DNA of 64,000 nucleotides from Gammaproteobacteria bacterium (GCA_036396795.1 DASWKF010000094.1:33061-97060); one strand, 5' to 3'. Positions 34,388 through 42,650 are shown, counted from the first letter of the stretch. The notes: generated by a model not told the origin, from the sequence alone. Program-made: numbers and translations.

Positions 34388-34556
34388 TCTGGTATCTCCT
34401 TGTATTGTGGGACTGCGGGGTTGACAGCGACTTCGAGATGTCCATATTCAGGAATACGCCGCGGGGAAGCTTGCAGGCGGAATGGAGAATTCCTGCAGAC
34501 CCCCTGTAGAACGCCCGTTTGACCCCCGCCACCTTCTACGAAAATGGTGTTCCCCG

Positions 34557-36137
34557 ATGGTTTACCGCTTCGACACCTTTGAGTTGGACATGGATCGCTT
34601 TGAATTGCGAAGAGACGGCGCGCCTGTGGCGGTCGAGCCCCAGGTGTTTGCGTTGCTGGCGCTGTTGGTCACCAATCGTGAACGCATGGTCCCTAAGGAC
34701 GAGATCCACGAGAGGATATGGAGTGGCCGGATCGTGTCCGAGGCCGCTTTGAGCAGTCGGATCCGGTCGGTTCGGCACGCCATAGGCGACGATGGCGGTG
34801 CCCAGCGCTTGATCCGCACAGTACACGGAAGGGGATTCCGATTTGTCGGGGAAGTCACTGATGTCATGGGCGTGGTGACATCACCCGACCAGTCCAACGC
34901 GAAGCTCGTGCCTGATAGCGCCGCAGCCGGGTCGGACACGACGCGCCCCGTCATCGCCGTGCAGCCGTTCGCCAACTTGTCGGACGCCGCCGAGCAGGCG
35001 TATTTTTCCGATGCCATCACGACCGACATCGTCACCAACCTGTCGAAGCACCGTTGGCTGGACGTGATCGCGCGCAACGCGATGCTCGGCAGCGACGGCA
35101 AACCGGGCGATGTCCGGCAACTCGCCCGCGAGCTCGGGATCGCGTATGTCGTGGAGGGGAGCGTGCGCCGGGCGGGGAGCCGAATACGCGTGACGGCGCA
35201 GCTGCACGATGCCACCACCGGTATCAACCTCTGGTCCGATCGCTACGATCGCGGTCTCGAGGATGTATTTGCCGTCCAGGACGAGATCACTGCAATGATC
35301 GCGGCTCGCGTGGAACCGGAGATCGGGCTGGCGGAGCGGCAGAAAGTGTTGCGAGCCGGCAGCCGCGACCTGCGCGCTTGGGACTGTTACCACCTCGGCT
35401 TGGCGCAGTTCTTCCGGTTCACCACCGAGGGGAGCCGGGAAGCGCAACGGCTGCTTCAGCAGAGTTGCGAACTCGATCCGAACTTCGGCGAGGCGCATGC
35501 GTGGTGGGCGTACGCCGTGGTTCTCGGGATGGTCTATTGGGACACGGAACCCACTGACGACCTGCTTGACCGGGCACTGGCCGCGACGAGACGGGCGCTC
35601 GATCTCGACGATCAGAACGCCGTGTTCTATGCGCTGAAGGCTCGCGTGCAACTCGCGCGGGGAGAATACGAGAGCGCGATCGCCGAGAACGAGATCGCGA
35701 TCAGCCTGAACCCGACCCTCGCCGCCGCTCATTGCGGGCTGGCTGATTCGCTCGCCTATGAAGGGCGCTATGAGGAGGCGATTGAAGGGTTTCAACGCGC
35801 CATCGACCTCAGCCCGAACGACCCCCAGCGCTGGGCGTTTCTCACCTACGGGGCACTCGCGCTGATCCTCATGGGCGACTACGAAGCCGCGATTACATGG
35901 GCCGATCGCGCGAGCCTGATTCCAAACTGTCAATACTGGACGACCGCGCACAAGGCCGTGGCACTCGCCCTTCTCGACCGGCGCGACGAGGCGCGCAAGA
36001 CCCTCGATCGACTCCTGGAGGAGAAGCCGGAGTTTTCGCGCATGTTTGCCCGGAAGAAACTCTTCTATCTGAAACGACCCGAGCAAGTGCGGCTCTATCT
36101 CGACGGGCTCAAGGAGGCCGGCGTGCCGGATCGGTAA
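34557..36137 (+). CDS. Winged-helix (OmpR/CadC-type) DNA-binding protein with TolB-N-like and TPR domains
   Basis: N-terminus YRFDTFELDMDRFELRRDG...IRTVHGRGFRF (trans_reg_C). Central PVIAVQPFANLSD...YVVEGSVRRAGSRIRVTAQL region, then C-terminal TPR repeats. 526 aa. Confidence 0.8.
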   Translation: MVYRFDTFELDMDRFELRRDGAPVAVEPQVFALLALLVTNRERMVPKDEIHERIWSGRIVSEAALSSRIRSVRHAIGDDGGAQRLIRTVHGRGFRFVGEVTDVMGVVTSPDQSNAKLVPDSAAAGSDTTRPVIAVQPFANLSDAAEQAYFSDAITTDIVTNLSKHRWLDVIARNAMLGSDGKPGDVRQLARELGIAYVVEGSVRRAGSRIRVTAQLHDATTGINLWSDRYDRGLEDVFAVQDEITAMIAARVEPEIGLAERQKVLRAGSRDLRAWDCYHLGLAQFFRFTTEGSREAQRLLQQSCELDPNFGEAHAWWAYAVVLGMVYWDTEPTDDLLDRALAATRRALDLDDQNAVFYALKARVQLARGEYESAIAENEIAISLNPTLAAAHCGLADSLAYEGRYEEAIEGFQRAIDLSPNDPQRWAFLTYGALALILMGDYEAAITWADRASLIPNCQYWTTAHKAVALALLDRRDEARKTLDRLLEEKPEFSRMFARKKLFYLKRPEQVRLYLDGLKEAGVPDR

Positions 36138-36180
36138 AGTAATGAACCAGGCTGTCGGTCGACCGCCGCCATACGTAAGC

Positions 36181-36480
36181 TCACACCCCGGCGACAGCCT
36201 CGAAATCAGCCAAGTCCCGCGCATATTTCAAACAGGCGACAACGTCCTCCGCCGTGATATCCGGATACTCGCGCAGGATGTCCTCCGTGGACTCGCCGGC
36301 GGCGACGTAGCCGAGGATCAATGCCACAGGTATGCGTGTCCCCTTGATGCACGGCTTGCCGTGCAGAATCTGGGGATCAACCTCAATGTGATCGTGCCAA
36401 TCGGGTTCATGACGTCTGACTCTCGGGCCAAAGCGAGGCGGACCCAGGGTCGGAATCGGCATTTCTGCGCCGCGATTCAT
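36181..36480 (-). CDS. DUF433 domain protein (antitoxin-like HTH), orphan
   Basis: DPQILHGKPCIKGTRIPVALILGYVAAGESTEDILREYPDITAEDVVACLKYA is the DUF433 signature. Start uncertain (ATG 36480 or 36462, or TTG 36501). No partner toxin ORF seen. Confidence 0.72.
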   Translation of the reverse strand: MNRGAEMPIPTLGPPRFGPRVRRHEPDWHDHIEVDPQILHGKPCIKGTRIPVALILGYVAAGESTEDILREYPDITAEDVVACLKYARDLADFEAVAGV

Positions 36481-36830
36481 CAGCTCCGAGCGCGCATTCA
36501 ATCTTCACCGACCTTTATCGGAGGCATTTCCGACGCCCCATCACACTTGAACGCCCGCGAGTCGTTAGGCCCGGCTCGACCGATTCTGTGGAAAAACCCT
36601 GCTTCTCGCGAGGGGTCATATTTCAGTTGCGCGTTGAGCGACTTTCCCTACTCTAGATACAAGGGGGTAGCGATCAGGAGGTGAAGACTCGCTCAGACGC
36701 CCCTCAGGAGCTGAGACAGCAGCTCCAGGTTGCGCGTCTGATCTTCGAAAAAAATCGCATCGAATTTCGTCAGTGAAGAATTTCGGAGTTTTTCAACGGT
36801 ATCGGCCAGAACGTGACGCTCGGTTTCGTC

Positions 36831-37340
36831 TCAGAATCGGTAACGCATGTGGCAACTCGTCAGCGAGACATCCGGGCCCATCTGAATATCGAAAACTCCG
36901 ATTCGCTCGAAACCCAAAGCGGAGTAAAAGCACTCTGCATTTAAGGACGAGTAGCACTCAAACTCGCGAATGCCAGACGCGCGGGCGTCCTCTTCACATC
37001 TCCGAAAGATGGCGCGTCCGATCCCTTTCCTGGTCCAGTCGGGGTGAGTTCCAAAGTGCCGAATATGGCCTACACCTTCCACTGCGGTCTCTCCCCCCGG
37101 ATGTTCTCGAGTCCAGCCACCGCAGCCAACAGCGGTCCCGTCCTCTGACTCTGCCACGTAGAACGTGCCAGACGAGAGTAGTTTAGGGTTGGCGCGAGTC
37201 ATTTGCTCCAGCGCGGGGTCAAGCATCGCGGAATCGTAGGTTGACTTCATCAGTATCGGATACGACGCTTGAAGTAGCTCGGATACAGTCGCGATATCAT
37301 CGGCATCGGCTTTCCTGACTGAGTATCTGGTCTGAACCAT
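36831..37340 (-). CDS. GNAT family N-acetyltransferase
   Basis: 169 aa. Acetyl-CoA motif A HPDWTRKGIGRAIFRRCEEDA, motif B YSALGFE. Confidence 0.85.
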   Translation of the reverse strand: MVQTRYSVRKADADDIATVSELLQASYPILMKSTYDSAMLDPALEQMTRANPKLLSSGTFYVAESEDGTAVGCGGWTREHPGGETAVEGVGHIRHFGTHPDWTRKGIGRAIFRRCEEDARASGIREFECYSSLNAECFYSALGFERIGVFDIQMGPDVSLTSCHMRYRF

Positions 37341-37582
37341 TTACGACCAATCCAATAAGTTCGTGACAGTCCGGTTCGGGTCGTACTGAGCCTGCCGCAT
37401 CATACCGCCCGACCGACAGCCTTCGGGGAATCGCGGTCGCCCGAATGGCCGAACTGGGGACAATCGCCCGTCAGCCCACGGCCAGCGGGTGTTGGGTCAG
37501 GGTGTGCGATCGAACGGTCAACAGGCGTTGAGGGCCGAGAACGTACGTGAGCTTGCGTTTCCACGCCAAGGGGCGCTGACGG

Positions 37583-37611
37583 TTTCGCAAAATACGAAAG
37601 TTTCGTATAAT
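37583..37611 (+). promoter_or_regulatory. Putative sigma-70 promoter with overlapping palindromic operator for the Phd/PemK-like pair
   Basis: TTTCGC-N17-TATAAT. Perfect palindrome TACGAAA-G-TTTCGTA (37593-37607) overlaps the -10. 32 nt upstream of ATG 37643. Confidence 0.5.
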
Positions 37612-37642
37612 GCGGACATCGTTTTGCTTTGGGAGATGGGCT

Positions 37643-37897
37643 ATGGCCAGAGTCCCTGCCAGCGAATTTCAGCGCGAGTTTGGCCGCCTACGGGGCGTGG
37701 CCCATCGGGAAGCGGTGATTGTGACCAGTCACGGTCGCGATGATGTAGTGTTGCTGTCGGCCGAGGAATACCAGCGCCTGCGAAGCCTGGATCGACGGGC
37801 CATGCATGTCTCCGAGCTCACCGACGACGATCTTGCCGCGCTGGATGCAGTGGAGATCCCAGCAGAAGCCGCGCGCTACAACCACGAAATGACCTGA
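37643..37897 (+). CDS. Phd/YefM-family type II antitoxin
   Basis: MARVPASEFQREFGRLRGVAHREAVIVTSHGRDDVVLLSAEEYQRL is the typical Phd/YefM N-terminal fold sequence, 84 aa. GGGAGA Shine-Dalgarno. Confidence 0.7.
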   Translation: MARVPASEFQREFGRLRGVAHREAVIVTSHGRDDVVLLSAEEYQRLRSLDRRAMHVSELTDDDLAALDAVEIPAEAARYNHEMT

Positions 37898-37907
37898 CCA
37901 CCCCACG

Positions 37908-38336
37908 ATGGCCCTTCCACTCCCCCAACCGGGTGAGGTCATCCGTTATGCCTATCTCTGGTGGAACGAAGCACGCATGGGCGGGGAGGATGGGGCCAAG
38001 GACCGTCCGTGCAGCGTCGTGCTGACCCGCATCACCGATGCCGGTCGTACGGTGGCGTATGTTCTTCCCATCACGCACACGCCACCCCTCAAAAAGGAAG
38101 ACGGCGTAGAAATCCCGCAAGCCACCAAACGGCGTCTCGGATTGGATATCGAACGGTCGTGGATCATAACGACGGAACTCAATCGATTCACTTGGCCTGG
38201 CCCTGATCTGAGACCGACCGCTGCCGGCGAATACGTCTACGGCTATTTGCCGGAGAAACTGATGCGCATTGTGTTGAGGCAGGTCAAGGAACACGCTCGG
38301 GAGAAACAACTCAAGAGTGTTGTGAGAACGGAGTGA
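37908..38336 (+). CDS. Putative toxin, PemK/MazF-like N-terminal pattern (unclassified)
   Basis: Starts 10 nt after the antitoxin stop. PGEVIRYAYLWWNEARMGGEDGAKDRPCSVVL resembles the MazF/PemK G-[DE]-[IV]...G.E..K.RP..V[VL] strand pattern. The remaining ~100 aa were not recognised. Confidence 0.45.
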   Translation: MALPLPQPGEVIRYAYLWWNEARMGGEDGAKDRPCSVVLTRITDAGRTVAYVLPITHTPPLKKEDGVEIPQATKRRLGLDIERSWIITTELNRFTWPGPDLRPTAAGEYVYGYLPEKLMRIVLRQVKEHAREKQLKSVVRTE

Positions 38337-38529
38337 CCAGCTACATCGCCAGCGTCAAGGCGCAACTTCCGGAGCTGGGGTGCGCAAAGTGAGTAACTAC
38401 CTATGACGCGGCCTGCTTGTTCGGTTTGGCTCTGGCGGGCTATGGCGCCAACGAACCCACGGGCGGATATTCTGGCGCCGCACAACCGGGTGGGCTCGGC
38501 CAACGAGCTGCGCTGAATCCGCGGACGAA

Positions 38530-38553
38530 GGTTCGAATCCTCCCTCTCCGCCA
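38530..38553 (+). repeat. Direct repeat of the tRNA-Ser 3' end (putative attR)
   Basis: 24 nt identical to tRNA positions 32571-32595 except one missing C. No matching 5' tRNA half upstream, so not a functional tRNA. Confidence 0.65.
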
Positions 38554-38572
38554 TCACCTCCTGCGGAGGATT

Positions 38573-39037
38573 TTATCGCTTCTCCTGTACGGACCAGCCC
38601 GATCGGCTCGCGGCAACCAGGCTCGCCCAATCATCCGGCGGATTGCCTCGTTCGAGCATCTTCTCGAACACCGCGTAGGGATCGGACTTGCTGCCCGCCG
38701 CGCGCAGCGTCTGCTCGTCGTTCACCCAGGCAAACACGATCGTCTTCACCTTGGAATCGTAACGAAAGAACAACCGAAACCGCCGACCGATCTTCGCACG
38801 ACGCCAGTGACGATGGGCCGGCCCCAACGTGTTGCCCTGCCGGTACTCGTCCCGTGCCGGGTCGCTGGGCACGGCCTCCAGGATCAACAGGCTCAGTGCG
38901 CGGAACAGCTTGACGTTGGCGTTGCGCGTGAAGCCCTTCGGGTCGCTGCGCTCTGCGCGCTCGGCCGCAGTGTGCAACTTCCGCAGTTGCTCCACGATGC
39001 ACTCATGGAACAGCAGTATCCAGCCATGACGCTGCAT
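38573..39037 (-). CDS. yhaV: Type II toxin YhaV (ribonuclease)
   Basis: RRFRLFFRYDSKVKTIVFAWVNDEQTLRAAGSKSDPYAVFEKMLERGNPPDDW closely parallels E. coli YhaV (RYRLFFRYSEKEKVIILGWMNDENTLRTYGKKTDAYTVFSKMLKRGHPPADW). Its ATG overlaps the prlF TGA (TGATG). Confidence 0.85.
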   Translation of the reverse strand: MQRHGWILLFHECIVEQLRKLHTAAERAERSDPKGFTRNANVKLFRALSLLILEAVPSDPARDEYRQGNTLGPAHRHWRRAKIGRRFRLFFRYDSKVKTIVFAWVNDEQTLRAAGSKSDPYAVFEKMLERGNPPDDWASLVAASRSGWSVQEKR

Positions 39038-39354
39038 CAAAGCGCGACTTCGCCCTCGATCTCTTCACCGAGGTCTTCGGCGTGGCCGACGTTGGCGAGC
39101 ATGGCCCGCGCGAGCTCCTCCGGGAGTGCTCGGACGTTTCGGCACTCGCGGATTTCGGCTTCCAGCAAGCCCAGGAAAGCGCCGATCGCCGGGTCCTCGT
39201 GCTCGGTCTCGGCACGGGTGACGACGACTTCGCCGTCGCGCAGCTCGAACGCCACCTTGCCGCCGGTGGTCACACCCAGGGCCTGCCGGATCGACTTGGG
39301 CAAGGTGATCTGCCCCTTGGACGTGAGCCTGGCGAGCTCGTGGATGCTGGGCAT
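39037..39354 (-). CDS. prlF: Type II antitoxin PrlF (AbrB/SpoVT-fold)
   Basis: LTSKGQITLPKSIRQALGV..GGKVAFEL AbrB-type swapped hairpin, plus the AFLGLLEAEI segment as in E. coli PrlF. Acidic C-terminus. Confidence 0.82.
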   Translation of the reverse strand: MPSIHELARLTSKGQITLPKSIRQALGVTTGGKVAFELRDGEVVVTRAETEHEDPAIGAFLGLLEAEIRECRNVRALPEELARAMLANVGHAEDLGEEIEGEVAL

Positions 39355-39390
39355 GCTCGGGTTCCTATCTCTCGTTCTCATGCCCAGAGA

Positions 39391-39416
39391 GTAAGGAATA
39401 TTCCTTACCTTGTCAA
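39391..39416 (-). promoter_or_regulatory. prlF-yhaV promoter with 18-bp perfect palindromic operator
   Basis: Minus strand reads TTGACA-AGGTAAGGAATATTCCT-TACTCT (17-nt spacer). The perfect palindrome GTAAGGAATATTCCTTAC (39391-39408) spans the spacer and the -10. Confidence 0.55.
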
Positions 39417-39681
39417 TCCAGGCGAAAATCGGTTCGGTTCAGGGTCACGAGAATCAACCGCCTTACCGCGTTCCGCTTCGCGCACGAGCCGTCGATTTTC
39501 GCGAGCTGCGCGCTTGCTTTCCGCTAGGGAATGGCGCAGGCTGATCTGCATAATCTAGCCTTTTGGCTGCCTCGTCACTAGCCGCCCGCTCCCGGGCGCG
39601 CCATTCAAGACACCCACAACGAGCCTGATTATTCGCTCTCTGCGCCCGATTCGCGCGCGGTATCTGCATTTGGAGGCCTTG

Positions 39682-39885
39682 ATGGCTATCGGAACAGTCA
39701 AGTTTTTTGACGCAGCAAGGGGATTTGGATTCATACAGCCGGAAGACGGCGCGAAAGACGTGTTCGTGCATAAGAGCGCCGTTGAGAGCGCCGGCATGAC
39801 GACGCTCTCGGAAGGTCAGCGTGTCAGCTATGAGATCGTCACCGAGCGCGGTAAAACAGCGGCCGGTAAATTAGCGGCGGCTTAG
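39682..39885 (+). CDS. Cold-shock protein (CspA family)
   Basis: [30 protein letters not shown] with RNP1/RNP2 motifs, 67 aa. GGAGG upstream. Confidence 0.93.
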   Translation: MAIGTVKFFDAARGFGFIQPEDGAKDVFVHKSAVESAGMTTLSEGQRVSYEIVTERGKTAAGKLAAA

Positions 39886-39934
39886 GCGCCCTGGCCGGAG
39901 CCGCAGTCGAGTGCGGCCCGGTTCGGACGCAAGC

Positions 39935-40186
39935 ATGAGCACGCGACTCCACATAGGCAATTTGCCCTCCTCTGCCACGGAAGCCGATCTCCGCTCAAAG
40001 TTCGGGCAGTTCGGAACCGTTGAGTCGGCCATCGTGGTCACCAATGCCCAGACGGGTCGCAGCACGCGCTTCGGCATCGTCGAGATGGCGAATGACGTCG
40101 AGGCGCGGGCGGCCATCAACCGGCTGAATATGACTCAGTACGAGGACGTCATCATGTCGGTCAGTGCGATTCGGGTCGGCGGGTAG
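39935..40186 (+). CDS. RRM-type RNA-binding protein
   Basis: RLHIGNL (RNP2) and RFGIVEM (RNP1-like), 83 aa, single RRM domain. Confidence 0.82.
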   Translation: MSTRLHIGNLPSSATEADLRSKFGQFGTVESAIVVTNAQTGRSTRFGIVEMANDVEARAAINRLNMTQYEDVIMSVSAIRVGG

Positions 40187-40209
40187 AAACCGCCGGGAGC
40201 AGCGCCGCT

Positions 40210-40353
40210 ATGGCAGGACCAGGTCCGGAAACGCATGCCAAGCGACAACGTGAGCATGCAAAGCGCGAAAAACGTCGCTCGAAAGACGAGCGGCGTGCGG
40301 CGCGAAAAGCCGCGAAGCATTCCGACAAGCAGGTGGGCGAGCAGCCCTCTTGA
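40210..40353 (+). CDS. Candidate small, highly basic protein (47 aa)
   Basis: ATG-initiated ORF below the ORF-track cutoff: MAGPGPETHAKRQREHAKREKRRSKDERRAARKAAKHSDKQVGEQPS. Starts 21 nt after the RRM gene stop. No homology recognised. Confidence 0.3.
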   Translation: MAGPGPETHAKRQREHAKREKRRSKDERRAARKAAKHSDKQVGEQPS

Positions 40354-40359
40354 GCATCC

Positions 40360-41400
40360 TTACGACGACTGCGTCACCTCTGCCCTCACTTTTGGCAGTG
40401 CCTCGGGATAGTTCTCCTGCAGGAAGGTGATCAGCTTCTCGCGCACCTCGCAGCGCAGATCCCAGGCGGCGCCGCCGTTCTTGGCGCTCATCAGGGCTCT
40501 AAGCTCCAGCGTGCTCTCCTTGCAGTCGGTGACGACCAGGCCGCTGACGCGGCCGTCCCAGTGGGGCGACGCCACGAGGATACGGTCGAGCTCGGCTCGC
40601 AGCGCCTCGATCGGGACGCGATAATCGGTATAGAGGAACACCGTGCCGAGCAACTCCGAGGACTGCCGCGTCCAGTTCGTGAACGGATGCTCGAGGAAAT
40701 AGCTGATCGGTAGTATCAAGCGGCGGTCGTCCCAGATCCTGACGACGACATAAGTCAGCGTGATTTCTTCGATCCGGCCCCATTCGCCCTCGATGACGAC
40801 AACGTCGTCGAGCCGGATCGGTTGGGTGACTGCAATCTGAAAGCCTGCGAACAGATTGCCGAGCGCGCGCTGCGCGGCGAGGCCGACGACGAGCCCCGCG
40901 ATGCCGGCGGAAGCGAGCAGGCCCGCGCCGATCTGCCTGAAGCCCGGCAGAAACAACAACAGCACGATGACCGCCGTGAACGAGACGAAGGCGACCAGCA
41001 CGCCGCGCAGGACGCGCAGCTGCGTGTAGATCCGCCGTGCCTCGAGATTATCGGCCTGCTCGAGCCCGAGCCTTGAGGAGATGAAATCCTCGGCGCCGTA
41101 TATCACCCGAATCAGCAGGTAGGCCGACACCGCGATCAAAAGCACGGTCAGACCGAGCCGCAGTCGTACGAGCAGCAGCCCTTCGAGCGCCAGAGGCAGA
41201 CTCAGGTAGACGCCGAGCAGCGGCAGCAGCACTCGTAGGCTACCGGAGCAGCTCTCGAAGAACGCCTCGGCGGCGGTGCGCCACGACTCCGACCGCATCG
41301 ACGTCGGCGCGAACCGCAAGGCGCCATAGACCGCAAAACCCAAGGCCGCGCCGGCCGCTATCACGGCCATCGCGAGCAGAGCTTCAGTCAGCCGGCCCAC
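40360..41400 (-). CDS. Mechanosensitive ion channel family protein (MscS-like)
   Basis: Several TM helices, then LGNLFAGFQIAVTQPIRLDDVVVIEGEWGRIEEITLTYVVVR, the MscS pore-helix/beta-domain signature. Start is GTG 41400 or ATG 41370. Confidence 0.85.
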   Translation of the reverse strand: MGRLTEALLAMAVIAAGAALGFAVYGALRFAPTSMRSESWRTAAEAFFESCSGSLRVLLPLLGVYLSLPLALEGLLLVRLRLGLTVLLIAVSAYLLIRVIYGAEDFISSRLGLEQADNLEARRIYTQLRVLRGVLVAFVSFTAVIVLLLFLPGFRQIGAGLLASAGIAGLVVGLAAQRALGNLFAGFQIAVTQPIRLDDVVVIEGEWGRIEEITLTYVVVRIWDDRRLILPISYFLEHPFTNWTRQSSELLGTVFLYTDYRVPIEALRAELDRILVASPHWDGRVSGLVVTDCKESTLELRALMSAKNGGAAWDLRCEVREKLITFLQENYPEALPKVRAEVTQSS

Positions 41401-41405
41401 GCCAC

Positions 41406-42650
41406 TCAGCCGCGCCGCTCACCGTTGCGGCGGATCCGAATGCGCTCGGCGCGCCGCTGCGTTGCCGACAGCACCTCGAACCTGAAGCCGTTCCACGCGA
41501 CGACGTCGCCCGCGACCGGGATCCGCCCGACGAGCTCCGCGACGAGGCCGCCGGGCGTGGTGATCTCCGCCGTCGGCGGCCAATCGAATCCCAAGCTCTC
41601 GCCGATCTTGCGCATCTCCACCGAGGCGAGCACCTCGAGCGAGCCGTCGTCGCCCCGCCACATGTCCTCGACCTGGCTGTCGCTTTCGTCGGCGATCTCG
41701 CCGACGATCTCCTCGAGGACGTCCTCGAGCGTGACGATGCCCTTCACGCCGCCGTACTCATCGACGACGATGGCGAGATGGCTCCTCGATTCCTGGAACA
41801 TTCTGAGCAGGCTGTTGAGCGGCTTGCCGTCCGGGATGATCAGCGGCTCGCGGATGATCGCATCCCAATCGACGGGCTCGCCGGGCCGCTCCTGGACGTG
41901 CACGAGCAGCTCCTTGGCGAGCACCATGCCCGCGACCTGATCGAGATCGTCGGTCCTCGAGAACGGCAGGCGGCTGTGCTGCGACGACTTGATGATCTCG
42001 AGGTTCTCCGCGAGGCTGAGCTCCGCGGACAGGAAAGTGACGTCTTGCCGTGGCACCATGACCTGGTGCACGCGCATCTGCGCAAGCCGCGTGGCGCCGA
42101 CGATCATCCCGGCAGTCTTGGGCCCGAACACGCCTTCGCTGCGCGCCAGTGCGGCGAGCAGGCGAATTTCCTCGATCGAGGTCGTAGGATTACGGTCGGC
42201 GCGGCGCAAACGCCGCGAGATCGTCCCCGTGAGCGCGACCAGCGGCCTGAGCGCTAGAGTCAACACGCGGATGCTGTAGGCGACGGGCTCGGCAAGCCGC
42301 TTGGCGTTCGCAACGCCCAAGGTTTTCGGAATGATCTCGGTGAACAGCAGCACCGCGATCGTGAACACGATCGTGAATATCCACAGGGTCTCGGCGTTGA
42401 AGGCGTCCTCGTAGCTCGCGCCCGCAACCGCGGCGCCGACCGTGTGGGCCATCGTGTTGACGATCAGGATCGCGGCGATCGGCACGTCGATGCTGCGCTT
42501 GAAATCCTTGAGGAGCTTCCCTGAGGGCTTGCCGGCGGCGACCAGCGCCTCGACGTCGGCGGCGCCGATCGAAAGCAGCACCGATTCCATGATGGAGCAT
42601 AGGAACGACATGACCAGCGCCAGCGATACCGCGGCGACGAAAGTCAACAT
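41406..42650 (-). CDS. CNNM/HlyC-CorC family transporter-like protein (DUF21-CBS pair-CorC_HlyC)
   Basis: N-terminal DUF21 membrane domain, tandem CBS region (VMVPRQDV...AIVVDEYGGVKGIVTLEDVLEEIVGEI) and a C-terminal CorC_HlyC domain. 414 aa. Confidence 0.88.
   Translation of the reverse strand: MLTFVAAVSLALVMSFLCSIMESVLLSIGAADVEALVAAGKPSGKLLKDFKRSIDVPIAAILIVNTMAHTVGAAVAGASYEDAFNAETLWIFTIVFTIAVLLFTEIIPKTLGVANAKRLAEPVAYSIRVLTLALRPLVALTGTISRRLRRADRNPTTSIEEIRLLAALARSEGVFGPKTAGMIVGATRLAQMRVHQVMVPRQDVTFLSAELSLAENLEIIKSSQHSRLPFSRTDDLDQVAGMVLAKELLVHVQERPGEPVDWDAIIREPLIIPDGKPLNSLLRMFQESRSHLAIVVDEYGGVKGIVTLEDVLEEIVGEIADESDSQVEDMWRGDDGSLEVLASVEMRKIGESLGFDWPPTAEITTPGGLVAELVGRIPVAGDVVAWNGFRFEVLSATQRRAERIRIRRNGERRG

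Larger units (their letters stand above)
32596..38554. mobile_element. Degraded tRNA-Ser-associated genomic island (~6 kb), no intact integrase
   Basis: Bounded by the tRNA 3' end (GGTTCGAATCCCTCCCTCTCCGCCA, 32571-32595) and a near-identical copy with a 1-nt deletion (GGTTCGAATCCTCCCTCTCCGCCA, 38530-38553). Visibly lower GC than the flanks. Cargo is accessory genes and a TA pair. Confidence 0.6.

Noticed and set aside
36693-36830. 45 sense codons continuing in frame after the GNAT TGA stop (possible read-through or split gene)
   Set aside because: There is no start codon of its own and no recognisable domain. An open stretch of this length is plausible by chance at this GC content. The GNAT domain is complete before the stop.
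38400-38553. Possible second tRNA-Ser or tmRNA 3' domain
   Set aside because: Only the last ~25 nt match a tRNA. There is no complementary 5' acceptor strand (GGAGAGG), the T stem is broken by the 1-nt deletion, and there is no D or anticodon arm. Interpreted as an att-type repeat instead.
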